Shown: positions 62,239 to 64,000 of the stretch, one piece after another | Position numbering within the stretch: the stretch's first letter is position 1 | Layout of the letters: every line of letters begins with the position of its first letter | Assembly (NCBI GenBank): GCA_050295955.1 | Contig: JBNKQQ010000024.1 | Span: forward strand, 88,529-152,528 | Reading direction: 5' to 3' | DNA length: 64,000 bases | Source of the DNA: Thiohalomonadales bacterium | GTDB lineage: Bacteria; Pseudomonadota; Gammaproteobacteria; RBG-16-57-12 | Position numbers and translations under genes: made by a program | The notes under the pieces: generated by a model | What the model was told of the DNA's origin: nothing | The model's database searches: none | What the model saw: the letters and a program-made list of their open reading frames with translations, nothing else

Positions 62239-64000
62239 TCACTGCAGTTTTGAATTATTTTCCATTGGGTGGAGCCGTTGCCACTGGGCGAGCCAAGCAG
62301 CCACCTGCTCTCCTGGCATGGGCTTGGCAATAAAATAGCCCTGCGCCTGATCACACCCCAGGGCCTCAATTAATTGCCAATCCTCATGCTCCTCTACGCC
62401 CTCAGCAACGATACCCATACCCAATTTTTTTGCTAAGCTCACACTGTATTCTAATATTGCTCGGGCTTCATTATCCTTTGAAGCTCCATTCACAAAACTG
62501 CGATCAATCTTAAATTCGCCAAATGGCATCTTTTTCAAATGCTCCATGGTGGAGTAGCCCGTTCCAAAATCATCAATAGAGAGTGCAATACCTTTTAGAC
62601 GGATACGAGTCAACACCTCAAGTACGGCGGTAATATTATCCATTAGCTGGCTCTCGGTTACCTCCAGCGTCACCATTGATGGAGCAATGCGATAGCGTGC
62701 CGCCGTCTCAACAAAGTACTCCGGCAGCTCAAGTTTGGATAATGAATCCATCGAAAGATTAACCGCCAGCTTCAGCTCGATACCTTGCTCACGCCAACGT
62801 TCTCCCCACGCCATGGTTTTCTCAAAAACGGCGTAGGTCAGCTCATCAATAAGCCCCTCTTCCTCCGCTACCGGGATAAATGTCCAGGGCGCCAAGACAC
62901 CTCGCTCCGGATCATGCCAACGTGCCAACGCCTCCACGCCGATCACCTGCCATGTGTTCACCTCAATTTTGGGCTGGAAGTAGACTTCCGTATATCCTTT
63001 TTCTAACCCCTCCTTTAGCTCATCCCCTGTCAATGGGCGCATAGGCATTGCCGAACGGGGCATTGGTGACTTGCCTCTGGATGGGTAGCGAAGCAAGGCC
63101 TCCTGCAAACTATCGGCAGTAACCGGTTTATGTAAAGTTGCGAGAATCGTTAAATTGTGGGCTGTCGCCAGATTACCCGCGCTATTTAACACCCGTGGCG
63201 CCTCACCACTCATCAGTACAACCTCACCATTGAACTGGCGCTGTGCCAGATGCCGGAGAAACTCAATACCATCCATACCCGGGAGATTTAAATCACAGAG
63301 AATAATGTCGAATGCCGGGTTTGCCCGATCTACTTGATCAAGCCCATCCACACCATCCAAACTATAGGTAATGTGCTGAAGTTGGTACTGCTGCAACATT
63401 AACTGTAGCTGCTCAACAATCAGTGAATCATCTTCCAATACCAGCACCTTCAAATCACGCAGATCAGCGTGAACCGACTCACAGGCTTCATGTTTGATTT
63501 GCCGGGTATCATCATTGCTACCAAATGCATCACAGAGTCGCTTCCACTGCTTGCGTAACTCCCGATATAACAGACTCGCCTTGTGCCAATCTTGATCCAC
63601 AGAGACATTCTCTAGCGCCTGACAGCACTCCCCCAATGCATTCCCTCCCATGGAACGGGCGGCAGATTTCAAGCGATGGGCCACAAAACGCAAACGTTTA
63701 TCATCCCGCTGTTGAATAGCTTCACAAACCTCATCGAGAGTCGCGGGTGTCGTTTCAAAAAACTTAGCAAGCACCCGCTTTTGTAAATCGGGGTTATCCC
63801 CCACCAAGCGGGAGAGAAACGTCATATCAATCGGAAGAAGTGGTTCTACTGGTTTTTTTACAGCACTTTTAGGCTCAAGCCTACAGCTTCCGGCAATATA
63901 GCGATCCAGCAATAGCTCTAGCTTTTTAATATCCAGAGGCTTACTCATCAGCTCATCCATACCGGCCTCACGGCATTTATTCTTCTCCTGCCCTCCTGCA
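62239..64000 (-). CDS. Hybrid signalling protein fragment: (REC)-Hpt-REC-EAL; N-terminus lies beyond the right edge
   Basis: Hpt motif HRLKSAARSMGGNAL. REC motif VLVLEDD...LCDLNLPGMDG...LHKP. EAL motifs EALARW and DDFGTGYS. The reading frame stays open upstream of the annotated ATG to the window edge (...KCREAGMDELMSKPLDIKKLELLL looks like the end of a preceding REC domain). Confidence 0.8.
   Translation of the reverse strand, partial: AGGQEKNKCREAGMDELMSKPLDIKKLELLLDRYIAGSCRLEPKSAVKKPVEPLLPIDMTFLSRLVGDNPDLQKRVLAKFFETTPATLDEVCEAIQQRDDKRLRFVAHRLKSAARSMGGNALGECCQALENVSVDQDWHKASLLYRELRKQWKRLCDAFGSNDDTRQIKHEACESVHADLRDLKVLVLEDDSLIVEQLQLMLQQYQLQHITYSLDGVDGLDQVDRANPAFDIILCDLNLPGMDGIEFLRHLAQRQFNGEVVLMSGEAPRVLNSAGNLATAHNLTILATLHKPVTADSLQEALLRYPSRGKSPMPRSAMPMRPLTGDELKEGLEKGYTEVYFQPKIEVNTWQVIGVEALARWHDPERGVLAPWTFIPVAEEEGLIDELTYAVFEKTMAWGERWREQGIELKLAVNLSMDSLSKLELPEYFVETAARYRIAPSMVTLEVTESQLMDNITAVLEVLTRIRLKGIALSIDDFGTGYSTMEHLKKMPFGEFKIDRSFVNGASKDNEARAILEYSVSLAKKLGMGIVAEGVEEHEDWQLIEALGCDQAQGYFIAKPMPGEQVAAWLAQWQRLHPMENNSKLQ

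Overview
A gammaproteobacterial chromosomal segment with Pseudomonadales/Cellvibrionales-like synteny. The conserved backbone reads ilvE-glnE ... hemE-gltD-gltB-(SPOR/DamX-like)-aroB-aroK-pilQPONM-ponA-malic enzyme-rpmE. Into this backbone sits a roughly 20 kb accessory block (10069..29445) made of three tandem, same-strand genes for giant secreted modular proteins (2551, about 1491 and 2163 aa). Each has a Sec signal peptide, two of the three have an N-terminal DUF1566/Lcl-like lectin-type domain, and all carry 8-18 tandem ~96-aa Ig-like beta-sandwich repeats, paired CBM2-type carbohydrate-binding modules and DNRLRE-like C-terminal domains. No catalytic domain is visible. Each gene has its own AT-rich upstream region and its own rho-independent terminator. 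The left end holds a glycosyltransferase cluster (GT2/GT4/GT2, a divergent paralogous GT4 and a family-2 sulfotransferase) beside ilvE-glnE, which is the position occupied by the LPS-core waa cluster in Pseudomonas. A dGTPase-like gene and a small WGR-domain gene are translationally coupled inside the aroKB/SPOR operon. The right end carries a solitary hydantoinase-A-like gene, a GldA/F/G-like ABC exporter with a DUF4340 partner, mutM, and two multidomain c-di-GMP proteins, the second running off the window edge. No tRNA, rRNA, CRISPR array, transposase or integrase was found. The giant CBM2/Lcl repeat-protein triad is the most unusual content.
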